Assembly (NCBI RefSeq): GCF_003324675.1
Contig: NZ_CP030918.1
Span: forward strand, 30,001-62,000
Source of the DNA: Paracoccus suum
Lineage (GTDB): Bacteria; Pseudomonadota; Alphaproteobacteria; Rhodobacterales; Rhodobacteraceae
DNA length: 32,000 nucleotides
Direction: 5' to 3'
Shown here: positions 1 to 8,541 of the stretch, piece by piece
Position numbering within the stretch: the stretch's first letter is position 1
Layout: each line of letters opens with the position of its first letter
Made by a program: the position numbers and the translations under genes
The notes under the pieces: model-generated
What the model saw: only the letters and a program-made list of their open reading frames with translations
What the model was told of the DNA's origin: nothing
The model's database searches: none

Positions 1-1
1 C

Positions 2-154
2 GGCGGGCCGGGCACGCTGGTCGGGCCGATCATCGGCGCGATCGCCGCCATGAGCTTCGAGGAGGGGCTGGCCGCCCTGACGCAGCACTGGCGCCTCGGT
101 TTTGGCCTGGTGCTGATCGCGGCGGCCCTGCGGCCCAAGGGGTGGTGGCGATGA
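2..154 (+). CDS. Liv/HAAT-type ABC transporter permease, C-terminal fragment (gene begins upstream of the window)
   Basis: The frame is open from the window edge to TGA 152-154. The translation ...GPGTLVGPIIGAIAAMSFEEGLAALTQHWRLGFGLVLIAAALRPKGWWR has the LivM-like last hydrophobic helix followed by RPxG. Its stop overlaps ATG 151 of the next gene (ATGA). Confidence 0.55.
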   Translation, partial: GGPGTLVGPIIGAIAAMSFEEGLAALTQHWRLGFGLVLIAAALRPKGWWR

Positions 155-901
155 CACCGATGCTGTCCATGCGGGACCTGCGAAAGAACTATGGCGCGCT
201 GAAGGTGACGGACGGCGTCACCCTCGACATCCCGCCGGGCGAATTGCACGCCATCATCGGCCCCAACGGCGCCGGCAAGACTACGCTGCTGTCGCAACTG
301 TCCGGCGAGACCGCGCCCGACAGCGGCAAGGTCGTGCTGGACGGTCAGGACGTCACCGCCATGCCGATGCAGGCCCGCGTGCGGCTGGGGCTGGCGCGCA
401 GCTTTCAGATCACCTCGATCCTGCCGTCCTTCACGGTGCTGGAAAACGTCGCCACCGCCGTGCAGGCGCGCAGCGGCAGCAGCTTCCGCTTTGCCGCGCA
501 AGTGGCCGCCGACAGGGTCCTGAATGACGAGGCGATGGGCTATCTGGATGCCGTTGGCCTCGCCGACAAGGCAGGCCGTATCGCCGGCCCGATGAGCCAT
601 GGCGAGCATCGCCAGCTGGAGATTGCGACCGCGCTGGCGACCCGTCCGCGCATGCTGCTGCTGGACGAGCCGCTGGCGGGCACCTCGGGGCGGGAAGCGG
701 ATCTGCTGGTGGACTTGCTGCAAGAGCTGCGCGGCACGCTGACCATCGCGCTGATCGAACATGACATGCAGGCGGTCTTTGCGCTGGCCGACCGGATTTC
801 CGTTCTGGTCTATGGCCGGCTGATCGCCTCGGGCACGCCAGAGGCGATTCGCGGCGATGCGCAGGTCCGCGCCGCCTATCTTGGCGACGAGGAGGCGGCA
901 C

Positions 902-909
<8 letters not shown>
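151..909 (+). CDS. livG: Branched-chain amino acid-type ABC transporter ATP-binding protein (LivG-like)
   Basis: Walker A GPNGAGKTT, signature-like MSHGEHRQLEIA, Walker B LLLLDEPLAG and H-loop IEHDM are present. The tracked ORF starts at GTG 142. I prefer ATG 151 because it forms an ATGA overlap with the permease stop. The symbol is by family resemblance only. Confidence 0.85.
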
Positions 910-1603
<694 letters not shown>

Positions 1604-1622
1604 AATCCAACGGAGGCCCATC

Positions 1623-2138
1623 ATGAGCCAATCGAGCACCACCCCCGCCTGGTCGCCGACCGACCAGGCCCCCGCCGCGCCCGGCCCGATGACCGCCGGC
1701 ATCACGCCGATGTCGGAGGGGCTGGCCGGCACGGCCTGGAACATCCTCGGCCAGACTTATGTGCCCAAGCACGTCACCCCCAGTTCGATGTCCTGGCACG
1801 CGACCTTTCCGGTCGGCACCTTCGTGCCGCCGCATATCCACCCGACGCAGGACGAGTTCCTGTACATCCTCGACGGCCGGTTCGACTTCTGGCTGGACGG
1901 GGTCGAGACCTCGGCGACGCCCGGCGATCTCGTGCGCCTGCCGATGGGCATTCCGCACGGCATCTTCAACAAGACGGACAGCACGGTGAAGTGCCTCTTC
2001 TGGGTCTCGCCCACGCGGCGGCTCTATGACCTGTTCTGGGCACTCCACGCGCTGGGGCCGACGCCGAACCCGGCCGATGTGGTCGCCGTCTCGGCCCGGC
2101 ACGAGGTCGACTTCCTGCCGCCGCCCGAGGCCGCCTGA
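1623..2138 (+). CDS. Cupin-domain metalloprotein (possible dioxygenase or isomerase; function unknown)
   Basis: Both canonical cupin motifs match exactly: GTFVPPHIHPTQDEFLYILDG and GDLVRLPMGIPHGIFN. GGAGG at 1612-1616 lies 6 nt before ATG 1623. An alternative ATG at 1596 overlaps the livF-like stop. Confidence 0.8.
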   Translation: MSQSSTTPAWSPTDQAPAAPGPMTAGITPMSEGLAGTAWNILGQTYVPKHVTPSSMSWHATFPVGTFVPPHIHPTQDEFLYILDGRFDFWLDGVETSATPGDLVRLPMGIPHGIFNKTDSTVKCLFWVSPTRRLYDLFWALHALGPTPNPADVVAVSARHEVDFLPPPEAA

Positions 2139-2139
2139 C

Positions 2140-3381
2140 ATGCATGTCCTGATCGCCGGCGCCGGCATTGGCGGATTGACCACGGCGCTGATGCTGCACG
2201 CGCGCGGCATCCGCGTCACGCTGTGCGAGCAGACCGAGACGGTTCGCGAGGTCGGCGTCGGCATCAACATCCTTCCCCATGCCATCCGCGAGCTGGACGC
2301 GCTGGGCCTGTCTCCGGCGCTGGATCGGATCGGCATCCGCACCCGGCACCTGGGCTATTACACCCGCGCCGGCCAGTTGGTGTGGGAGGAACTGCGCGGC
2401 ACCCATGCCGGGCACGAGTTTCCGCAATACTCGATCCATCGCGGCCGGCTGCAAAAGCTGCTGCTGGATGCGGTGCTGGAACGGCTGGGGCCGGGCGCGG
2501 TGCGCACCGGCCGGAGGCTGACCGGGCATGTGCAGGACGAGGGCGGCGTGACCGCGTGGTTCGCCGACACCATCGACGGCGCTGCCGGCGAGGGGATGCG
2601 CGGCGACGTGCTGATCTGCGCCGACGGCATCCATTCGGCCGGCCGCCGCGGCTTTTACCCGTCCGAGGGGCCGCCGTCCTGGAACGGGGTTGTCATGTGG
2701 CGCGGCGCGACCATGTGGGCGCCGTGGCGTGATGGCGTCAGCATGGCGATCGGCGGCGGGCTTGCGGGCAAGTTCGTCCTCTATCCCGTATCCCCGCCCG
2801 AGGCGGACGGCCGCCAGTTGATGAATTGGGTGGTCAATGTCCGCATCAAGGACCCGGCTATCAGCCCGCCGCCGCCGGACAACTGGTCGCGCCGCGCGTC
2901 CAAGTCGCTTGTCCTGCCGCATGCGCTGCGCTTTGCCCTGCCCGATGTTGATATCGAGGCGCTGGTGCGCGCCACGCCCGAGGTGTTCGAATATCCGATG
3001 GCTGACCGTGACCCCCTGCCGAGGTGGAGCTTTGGCCGCGTCACCCTGCTGGGGGATGCCGCCCATCCGATGTATCCAGTCGGCAGCAATGGCGCGAGCC
3101 AGGCGATGCTGGACGCGCGTTGCCTTGCCGACCGGCTGGCCACGGCCGAGCATCCCCGCGCCGCCCTTTGGGCCTATGACGCCGAGCGCAGGCCCATGAC
3201 GGCCCAGGTCGTATTGATGAACCGCAAGGGCGGACCCGAAGGTGTCATTGATGAGGTCGAAAAGCGCGCGCCCGCCGGGTTCACTGACCTCGACGCGGTC
3301 ATGACGCCGGCCGAGCGCGAGGCCTGGGTGCGTGGTTACGCCACCACCGCCGGCTTTCAGCAGGTTCGCCGGCAGGCATAA
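2140..3381 (+). CDS. FAD-dependent aromatic-ring monooxygenase (group A flavoprotein hydroxylase, PhzS-like)
   Basis: The protein has an N-terminal Rossmann fold MHVLIAGAGIGGLTTAL...LCEQ, a CADGIHS (DG) motif and LLGDAAHPMYPVGSNGASQAMLDA (GD motif). ATG 2140 is 1 nt after the cupin TGA. The tracked start at 2026 lies inside the cupin gene in another frame. The PhzS-like assignment comes from remembered sequence similarity and was not searched. Confidence 0.85.
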   Translation: MHVLIAGAGIGGLTTALMLHARGIRVTLCEQTETVREVGVGINILPHAIRELDALGLSPALDRIGIRTRHLGYYTRAGQLVWEELRGTHAGHEFPQYSIHRGRLQKLLLDAVLERLGPGAVRTGRRLTGHVQDEGGVTAWFADTIDGAAGEGMRGDVLICADGIHSAGRRGFYPSEGPPSWNGVVMWRGATMWAPWRDGVSMAIGGGLAGKFVLYPVSPPEADGRQLMNWVVNVRIKDPAISPPPPDNWSRRASKSLVLPHALRFALPDVDIEALVRATPEVFEYPMADRDPLPRWSFGRVTLLGDAAHPMYPVGSNGASQAMLDARCLADRLATAEHPRAALWAYDAERRPMTAQVVLMNRKGGPEGVIDEVEKRAPAGFTDLDAVMTPAEREAWVRGYATTAGFQQVRRQA

Positions 3382-3382
3382 C

Positions 3383-4336
3383 TCAGCCCGCGTCCCCGGG
3401 CCGCCGGGGTCGCAGAATCAGCCCCGGCGCAGTCTCGGCCGAGATGCGCTCCTGCGCGTGCTCGACAAAGGCGCGCACGGTGCGCGAGGCGACCCGGCCC
3501 GCGACCCGTGTCAGCCCAAGGTGGATGCGCGGGACGGGGCCGGTCAGCGGCACGAAGCACAGCGGCTTGCCGTCCGGCGCGCTGGTCGAGGCCGGACGGA
3601 TATTACCGATGGAATAGCCAAAGCCGTTTGCGACCAGCGATTGCATCAGGGCCAGATCTCGCGTCCGCTCGCCGATCACCGGGCGCAGGCCACGGTTGGT
3701 AAAGAACGACATGAAATATTCGGCGCTGATCGGCAGATCCAGCAGCACCATGGGATGCACCGCCAGATCCTCGACCGCGACCGAGGCGCGCGCCGCCAGA
3801 GGATGATCCGGCGCCATCACCGCATAGGGCGGCAGCGACACCAGCGGCGAGAAGGCCAGGTCCACCGGCAGGCCGATATCGAAGCTCAGCGCGATGTCGA
3901 CGGTCGCGGCGCGCAGCCCCTCGATCAGCACGGCCTGGCTGCCCTCGGATTGGTGAAACTCGACCTGCGGATAGCGGTCGGCAAAGCTGCGGCGCAGTTG
4001 CGGCAGGACGATCTGGGCAAGCGTCGTCATGCAGCCGACCGCCAGCGGCCCGCGCACCTGCGAGGTGACGTCGGCCGCCAGATCGCTCAACCGGGCGGCC
4101 TGGTGCAGGACGGCCCGTGCCTCGTCGACAAAGCGCCGGCCGGCCTGGGTCGGGGCCACGCCCTGGGCGTGCCGGCGCACGAACAGCGGCAGGCCGAACT
4201 CGGCCTCCAATTGGGCAATGGCGGCAGAGACCGAGGGTGCCGAGACGTTCAACCGCTGGGCTGCATGGGTCACCGACCCGGCCTCGCCCACGGCGACCAG
4301 GTATTCCAGCTGCCGCAGAGTAAAACGCAGGGGCAT
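3383..4336 (-). CDS. LysR-family transcriptional regulator
   Basis: The N-terminal wHTH MPLRFTLRQLEYLVAVGEAGSVTHAAQRLNVSAPSVSAAIAQLEAEFGLPLFVRR is followed by a typical LysR substrate-binding domain. ATG 4336 is preceded by GAAGG. An alternative ATG at 4348 would add 4 aa. Confidence 0.9.
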   Translation of the reverse strand: MPLRFTLRQLEYLVAVGEAGSVTHAAQRLNVSAPSVSAAIAQLEAEFGLPLFVRRHAQGVAPTQAGRRFVDEARAVLHQAARLSDLAADVTSQVRGPLAVGCMTTLAQIVLPQLRRSFADRYPQVEFHQSEGSQAVLIEGLRAATVDIALSFDIGLPVDLAFSPLVSLPPYAVMAPDHPLAARASVAVEDLAVHPMVLLDLPISAEYFMSFFTNRGLRPVIGERTRDLALMQSLVANGFGYSIGNIRPASTSAPDGKPLCFVPLTGPVPRIHLGLTRVAGRVASRTVRAFVEHAQERISAETAPGLILRPRRPGDAG

Positions 4337-4549
4337 CAGGCCTTCCATCGCCGAACGCGACGCAGCCTAGGACCGCATTGCCGCACCGCGCAAGCCGCCG
4401 CCATTTGCGCGCGGTGCGATAAACTGCATTGCGGCGCACGCCCCATAACAGCGGCCCGCACCCCTCCGTCTGCACATTGCACGCCCCTCCGCCTTGGGCT
4501 ACCGCTTGGTTTCAGGCAGCTTAGTGACCTTGGGGGAGGGACCACCACG

Positions 4550-5692
4550 ATGGCCAGACAGCCCGCGCAGGATAAGGGCGCAGACCGCGGCGCCGCCAAG
4601 GGACGCGAAAGCGCAAACCCTTCAGCCGCCGCAGATACCGCCCAAGGCACAGCCACCGCAGGTGCCGCCAAGCAGGCCCCGGCAGAGCGCGCCAACGTCT
4701 CGCGCGACGAGTTGCTGAAGCACTATCGCGACATGCTGCTGATCCGCCGCTTCGAGGAAAAGGCCGGCCAGCTTTACGGCATGGGCCTGATCGGCGGCTT
4801 TTGCCACCTCTACATCGGCCAGGAGGCGGTCGTCGTCGGCCTGGAGGCCGCTGCGGAAGAGGGTGACAAGCGCATCACCTCGTATCGCGACCACGGCCAC
4901 ATGCTGGCCTGCGGCATGGAGGCCCGCGGCGTGATGGCCGAACTGACGGGCCGCGAGGGCGGCTATTCCAAGGGCAAGGGCGGCAGCATGCACATGTTCA
5001 GCCGCGAGCGCCATTTCTACGGCGGCCACGGCATCGTCGGCGCGCAGGTTCCGATCGGCGCCGGGCTGGCCTTTGCGGACAAATACCTCGGCAATGGCCG
5101 CGTGACCTTCACCTATTTCGGGGACGGCGCGTCCAACCAGGGGCAAGTGTACGAGACCTACAACATGGCCGAACTGTGGGAGTTGCCGGTGATTTTCGTC
5201 ATCGAGAACAACCAGTACGCCATGGGTACGAGCATGAAGCGCTCGACCAAGTCCAAGACGCTGTTCGGCCGTGGCGAAGCGTTCGGCATTCCGGGCGAGC
5301 AGGTCGACGGCATGGACGTGCTGGCGGTCAAGGCCGCTGGCCAGAAGGCGGTCGCGCACTGCCGCGCCGGCAAGGGCCCCTATATCCTCGAGGTGATGAC
5401 CTATCGCTATCGCGGGCACTCGATGTCCGACCCGGCAAAATACCGGACCCGCGAAGAGGTCCAGAAGATGCGCGACGAGCGCGACCCGATCGAACAGATC
5501 CGCAGCCTGCTGCTGACCGGCAATCACGCCACCGAGGACGACCTGAAGGCCATCGACCGCGAGATCAAGGAGATCGTGAACGACAGCGCCGAGTTCGCCA
5601 AGGAGAGCCCCGAGCCGGCCGAGGCCGAGCTGTGGACCGACATTTATGCCGACTTGGTCCCGCAGGCCGAGCCGGCCGACCAGAACGTCTGA
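4550..5692 (+). CDS. pdhA: Pyruvate dehydrogenase E1 component, alpha subunit
   Basis: The sequence ...[35 protein letters not shown]...GKGGSMHMF...[18 protein letters not shown]...[14 protein letters not shown]...NNQYAMGTS...[11 protein letters not shown] is diagnostic. GGGGGAGGG at 4532-4540 lies 9 nt before ATG 4550. The upstream 1.2 kb of the tracked ORF (3332-4549) is antisense to the LysR gene. Confidence 0.92.
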   Translation: MARQPAQDKGADRGAAKGRESANPSAAADTAQGTATAGAAKQAPAERANVSRDELLKHYRDMLLIRRFEEKAGQLYGMGLIGGFCHLYIGQEAVVVGLEAAAEEGDKRITSYRDHGHMLACGMEARGVMAELTGREGGYSKGKGGSMHMFSRERHFYGGHGIVGAQVPIGAGLAFADKYLGNGRVTFTYFGDGASNQGQVYETYNMAELWELPVIFVIENNQYAMGTSMKRSTKSKTLFGRGEAFGIPGEQVDGMDVLAVKAAGQKAVAHCRAGKGPYILEVMTYRYRGHSMSDPAKYRTREEVQKMRDERDPIEQIRSLLLTGNHATEDDLKAIDREIKEIVNDSAEFAKESPEPAEAELWTDIYADLVPQAEPADQNV

Positions 5693-5706
5693 GGGGGCAA
5701 GCAGAC

Positions 5707-5988
5707 ATGGCAACCGAAATCCTGATGCCCGCCCTGTCCCCCACGATGGAGGAAGGCACCCTCGCCAAGTGGCTCGTCAAGGAGGGCGACACCGTCAAAT
5801 CCGGCGACATCCTGGCCGAGATCGAAACCGACAAGGCCACGATGGAGTTCGAGGCCGTCGATGAAGGCGTGATCGGCAAGCTGCTGGTTCCTGAAGGAAC
5901 CGAAGGCGTCAAGGTCAACGTCGCCATCGCCACGTTGCTGGCCGATGGCGAGGACGCGAGTGCCGCCCCCGCGGCCAAGGCCGAAGCG
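5707..5988 (+). repeat. Lipoyl-domain segment, copy 1 (in pdhB), near-identical at DNA level to 7120-7401
   Basis: A hand codon-by-codon alignment over 94 codons gave about 34 nucleotide differences in 282 nt. Most are synonymous third-position changes. Confidence 0.85.
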
Positions 5989-7107
5989 AAGGCAGATGCC
6001 TCGCCCGTGGCGCCGACTGAGACGGCGGACAAGGCCGAGACCAAGCCCGGCACCGCGCCCTCCGCCGTCGCCGCGGTGCACACGCCACAGCCCGACTCCA
6101 GTCCCGACTGGCCCGAAGGCACGGTGATGAAGACCATGACCGTGCGCGAAGCCCTGCGCGAGGCCATGTCCGAAGAGATGGAGCGCGACGAAGTCGTGTT
6201 CCTGATGGGCGAGGAAGTCGGCGAATACCAGGGCGCCTACAAGATCAGCCAGGGTCTGCTGGACAAGTTCGGACCCAAACGCGTGGTCGACACGCCGATC
6301 ACCGAACATGGCTTTACCGGCATCGGAGTCGGGGCCGCCTTTGGTGGCCTGCGCCCGATTGTCGAGTTCATGACCTTCAACTTTGCCATGCAGGCGATCG
6401 ACCAGATCATCAACTCGGCCGCCAAGACGCTCTACATGTCGGGCGGCCAGATGGGCTGTCCGATCGTGTTCCGCGGCGCGAACGGCGCCGCCGCCAGGGT
6501 CGGCGCGCAGCACAGCCAGGACTTTGCTGCCTGGTACGCGGCCATCCCCGGCCTCAAGGTGGCCATGCCCTATACCGCCGCCGACGCCAAAGGCCTGCTG
6601 AAGACCGCAATCCGTGATCCGAACCCCGTCATTTTCCTGGAAAACGAAATCCTCTACGGCCGCAGCTTCGAGGTGCCGGACCTGCCCGATTTCACCGTTC
6701 CCTTCGGCAAGGCCAAGATTGCCCGCGCCGGCAAGGACGTCACCATCGTCAGCTTCGGAATCGGCATGGCCCATGCGCTGGCCGCGGCCGAAACGCTGGC
6801 TGGCGAGGGGATCGAGGCCGAGGTGATCGACCTGCGCACCCTGCGCCCGATGGATACCGCGACCGTCATCGAAAGCGTCAAACGCACCAACCGCTGCGTG
6901 ACGGTCGAAGAGGGTTTTCCCGTCGGCAGCATCGGCAACTACATCAGTTCCGTGCTGATGGAGCAGGCGTTCGATTATCTCGACGCGCCGGTCATTAATT
7001 GCACCGGCAAGGACGTGCCGATGCCCTATGCGGCGAACCTGGAAAAGCTCGCCCTCATCACCCCGGCCGAGGTGGTCGAGGCGGTGAAAAAAGTCACCTA
7101 TCGCTGA
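5707..7107 (+). CDS. pdhB: Pyruvate dehydrogenase E1 component, beta subunit with N-terminal lipoyl domain
   Basis: An N-terminal lipoyl domain ([19 protein letters not shown]...[13 protein letters not shown]) and Ala/Pro linker precede a transketolase-like E1beta core ([19 protein letters not shown]..., [17 protein letters not shown]). GAGGGGG overlaps the pdhA stop, and ATG is at 5707. Confidence 0.93.
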   Translation: MATEILMPALSPTMEEGTLAKWLVKEGDTVKSGDILAEIETDKATMEFEAVDEGVIGKLLVPEGTEGVKVNVAIATLLADGEDASAAPAAKAEAKADASPVAPTETADKAETKPGTAPSAVAAVHTPQPDSSPDWPEGTVMKTMTVREALREAMSEEMERDEVVFLMGEEVGEYQGAYKISQGLLDKFGPKRVVDTPITEHGFTGIGVGAAFGGLRPIVEFMTFNFAMQAIDQIINSAAKTLYMSGGQMGCPIVFRGANGAAARVGAQHSQDFAAWYAAIPGLKVAMPYTAADAKGLLKTAIRDPNPVIFLENEILYGRSFEVPDLPDFTVPFGKAKIARAGKDVTIVSFGIGMAHALAAAETLAGEGIEAEVIDLRTLRPMDTATVIESVKRTNRCVTVEEGFPVGSIGNYISSVLMEQAFDYLDAPVINCTGKDVPMPYAANLEKLALITPAEVVEAVKKVTYR

Positions 7108-7119
7108 GGGGCGCGGACC

Positions 7120-7401
7120 ATGGCAACTGAAATCCTGATGCCCGCGCTATCCCCCACGATGGAGGAAGGCACCCTGGCCAAGTGGCTGGTCAAAGAGGGC
7201 GATGCGGTCAAATCCGGCGACATCCTCGCCGAGATCGAGACCGACAAGGCGACGATGGAGTTCGAGGCGGTCGATGAAGGCGTGATCGGCAAACTGCTGG
7301 TTCCCGAGGGGAGCGCAGGGGTCAAGGTGAACGCCCCCATTGCGACCCTGCTGGAAGAGGGCGAGGACGCAAGTGCCGCCCCTGCCCCCAAGGCCGAAGC
7401 G
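7120..7401 (+). repeat. Lipoyl-domain segment, copy 2 (in pdhC), near-identical at DNA level to 5707-5988
   Basis: Same hand alignment as for copy 1. The first ~58 codons are the most similar (~14 differences in 174 nt). Confidence 0.85.
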
Positions 7402-8451
7402 CCGAAATCCGAGGCGCCACAGACTGCCCCGAAAGCTGAGGTAAGCACACAACCTGCGGGCACGCCGACCGAGGCGCCCGCGAAGGCCGCCGCACCCGCG
7501 ACGAAAGTCGGCGGGGACCGGGTCTTTGCCTCGCCCCTCGCCCGCCGGCTGGCTGCCGAGAAGGGAATTGATCTCGCGGGCGTCGCGGGCTCCGGCCCGC
7601 ATGGACGGATCGTCAAATCCGACATCGACGCAGCGAAGCCCGGACAGATCACCGCTGCGGCACCCAAGGCCGAGGCCGCGACACCGGCCGCTGCCCCCTC
7701 CGCCGCGCCCGCCATGCCGCAGGGCATGTCGGCCGATATGGTCAAGAAGCTGTTCGCCGACCGCGAGACCGAGGAAGTGCTGCTGGACGGGATGCGCAAG
7801 ACCATCGCCCAGCGCCTGACCGAGGCCAAGCAGACCATCCCGCATTTCTACCTGCGCCGCAGCGCCCGCATCGACGCCCTGCTGGCGTTCCGCGCGCAGC
7901 TGAACAAGTCGCTGGAGGGCCGGGGCACGAAACTGTCGGTCAACGACTTCATCATCAAGGCCTGCGCGCTGGCGCTGCAGGAAGTGCCGGATGCCAACGC
8001 CGTCTGGGCCGGCGACCGCATCCTGAAGATCAAGCCGTCCGACGTGGGCGTCGCCGTCGCGGTCGAGGGCGGGCTGTTCGTGCCGGTCCTGCGCGATGCC
8101 AACACCAAGAGCCTGTCGACGCTGAGCCACGAGATGCGCGATCTCGGCGCGCGGGCCAAGCGCAAGAAGCTGGCGCCGACCGAATATCTCGGCGGCCGCT
8201 TTGCGATCAGCAACCTCGGCATGTTCGGCATCGAGAATTTCGACGCCGTCATCAACCCGCCGCACGGCTCGATCCTCGCGGTCGGCGCCGGCCTGCGGCA
8301 GCCGGTGGTCGAGGGCGACGAGATCAAGATCGCCACGGTCATGTCGATGACCCTGTCGGTGGATCACCGCGTGATCGACGGCGCCCTCGGGGCGCAACTG
8401 CTGGAGCGGATCGTGACGCATCTGGAAAACCCGATGGCGATGCTGGCCTAA
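7120..8451 (+). CDS. pdhC: Pyruvate dehydrogenase E2 component (dihydrolipoamide acetyltransferase)
   Basis: The protein has a lipoyl domain, an E3/E1-binding domain ([34 protein letters not shown]) and a catalytic domain with the DHRVIDGA active-site motif. GAGGGG lies 8 nt before ATG 7120. Confidence 0.93.
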   Translation: MATEILMPALSPTMEEGTLAKWLVKEGDAVKSGDILAEIETDKATMEFEAVDEGVIGKLLVPEGSAGVKVNAPIATLLEEGEDASAAPAPKAEAPKSEAPQTAPKAEVSTQPAGTPTEAPAKAAAPATKVGGDRVFASPLARRLAAEKGIDLAGVAGSGPHGRIVKSDIDAAKPGQITAAAPKAEAATPAAAPSAAPAMPQGMSADMVKKLFADRETEEVLLDGMRKTIAQRLTEAKQTIPHFYLRRSARIDALLAFRAQLNKSLEGRGTKLSVNDFIIKACALALQEVPDANAVWAGDRILKIKPSDVGVAVAVEGGLFVPVLRDANTKSLSTLSHEMRDLGARAKRKKLAPTEYLGGRFAISNLGMFGIENFDAVINPPHGSILAVGAGLRQPVVEGDEIKIATVMSMTLSVDHRVIDGALGAQLLERIVTHLENPMAMLA

Positions 8452-8480
8452 GCCGGCGCCCACCACTGCCAGACGCATCT

Positions 8481-8514
8481 GGGGCGGGGCTTAGGCCTCG
8501 CCCCAAATGTTTTT
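8481..8514 (+). terminator. Rho-independent terminator candidate after pdhC (sits between convergent pdhC and the RND pump gene)
   Basis: GGGGCGGGGC (8481-8490), loop TTAG, then GCCTCGCCCC (8495-8504) form a 10-bp stem with one G-U pair. It is followed by AAATG and TTTTT (8510-8514). On the minus strand there is no U-tract, so it is mainly a plus-strand terminator. Confidence 0.65.
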
Positions 8515-8541
8515 CCCTAACCTTCAGGGCGGCGTGCCGCG

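Noticed and set aside
2026-2139. Tracked upstream starts that extend real genes into their neighbours (2026 for the hydroxylase, 857 for livF, 5176 for pdhB, 22114 for glpR, 25090 for holB, 26744 for the MBL gene, 18071 for glpQ, 20823 for glpS and 17223 for the DUF2160-like gene).
   Set aside because: The extensions overlap the preceding gene in another frame and have wrong-frame composition. In every case an internal ATG or GTG with an SD or a stop-start overlap yields a protein beginning at the conserved family N-terminus.
3332-4549. Upstream 1.2 kb of the 786-aa tracked ORF that ends as pdhA. If real, it would be a giant PdhA fusion.
   Set aside because: This part is codon-aligned antisense to the LysR gene and has Arg/Gly/Asp/His-rich composition. 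A strong SD plus ATG at 4550 gives a normal E1alpha.
8452-8541. Absence of an lpd (E3) gene after pdhC, as a possible operon truncation or rearrangement.
   Set aside because: pdhC is followed by a good terminator and a convergent gene, and there are no gene fragments or mobile-element scars. E3 encoded elsewhere in the genome is common, so this is not evidence of anything unusual.
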